Under the pieces are notes generated by a model that was not told the origin of the DNA, searched no databases, and was given only the letters and a program-made list of their open reading frames with translations. This document shows, in pieces, positions 63,982 through 64,000 of a stretch of DNA of 64,000 bases. The position numbers were made by a program, and so were the translations under genes. Each line of letters opens with the position of its first letter. Position 1 is the first letter of the stretch. Location of the stretch: positions 124,001 through 188,000 of IMG/VR virus record IMGVR_UViG_3300043418_000114. One strand, given 5' to 3'.

Positions 63982-64000
63982 GGAGCGTAAAGCAAAACAC

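Noticed and set aside
1-64000. CRISPR array, tRNA genes, reverse transcriptase/DGR/retron
   Set aside because: No evenly spaced repeat-spacer units; GTTCGA words fall inside CDSs without cloverleaf context; no RT motif in any ORF. The scan was by eye, so a tRNAscan-SE run is still advisable.
1-64000. Alternative genetic code (stop-codon reassignment)
   Set aside because: Conserved genes (PolB, ligase, ClpX, ClpP, DadA) are full length in the standard code and coding density is high

Overview
A 64-kb segment of a large lytic dsDNA phage genome with T4-like organisation. Genes are densely packed, use the standard code, and lie mostly on the + strand with a few - strand islands. Recognisable replication and repair genes are a family-B DNA polymerase, a gp45-like clamp, a DsbA-like protein, an RNase H/5'-3' exonuclease, an ATP-dependent ligase, UvsE and a dCMP deaminase. 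A proteostasis/translation block encodes ClpX, bS21, Hsp20, ClpS and ClpP, with GroES elsewhere. Host-like auxiliary genes include Bug/TctC, DadA, Fe/Mn-SOD, a PBP7-like endopeptidase, two cytidylyltransferases and a phasin-like protein plus GNAT. An early region of small ORFs is built from repeated cassettes. Two promoter classes are visible: sigma70-type TTGACA-N16/17-TATAAT, and a T4-like late motif (T)ATAAATA. The host is probably a betaproteobacterium (inference from Bug, the DadA subtype and the phasin-like gene). No capsid/terminase genes, tRNAs, CRISPR arrays or reverse transcriptase were seen. Best leads: (1) late enzymes, including a SOD and a GP88-like Fe-S protein, whose N-termini resemble T4 capsid-targeting/prohead-protease signals; (2) a GC-rich ~120-nt candidate small RNA between two late promoters; (3) a carrier-like methyltransferase/sulfotransferase/oxygenase/APS-kinase cluster; (4) a possible PHA-granule module; (5) a cassette family with conserved junctions; (6) a metal-ligand-dead phosphoesterase inside the Clp cluster. 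All family names come from motif recognition by eye; no database search was run.
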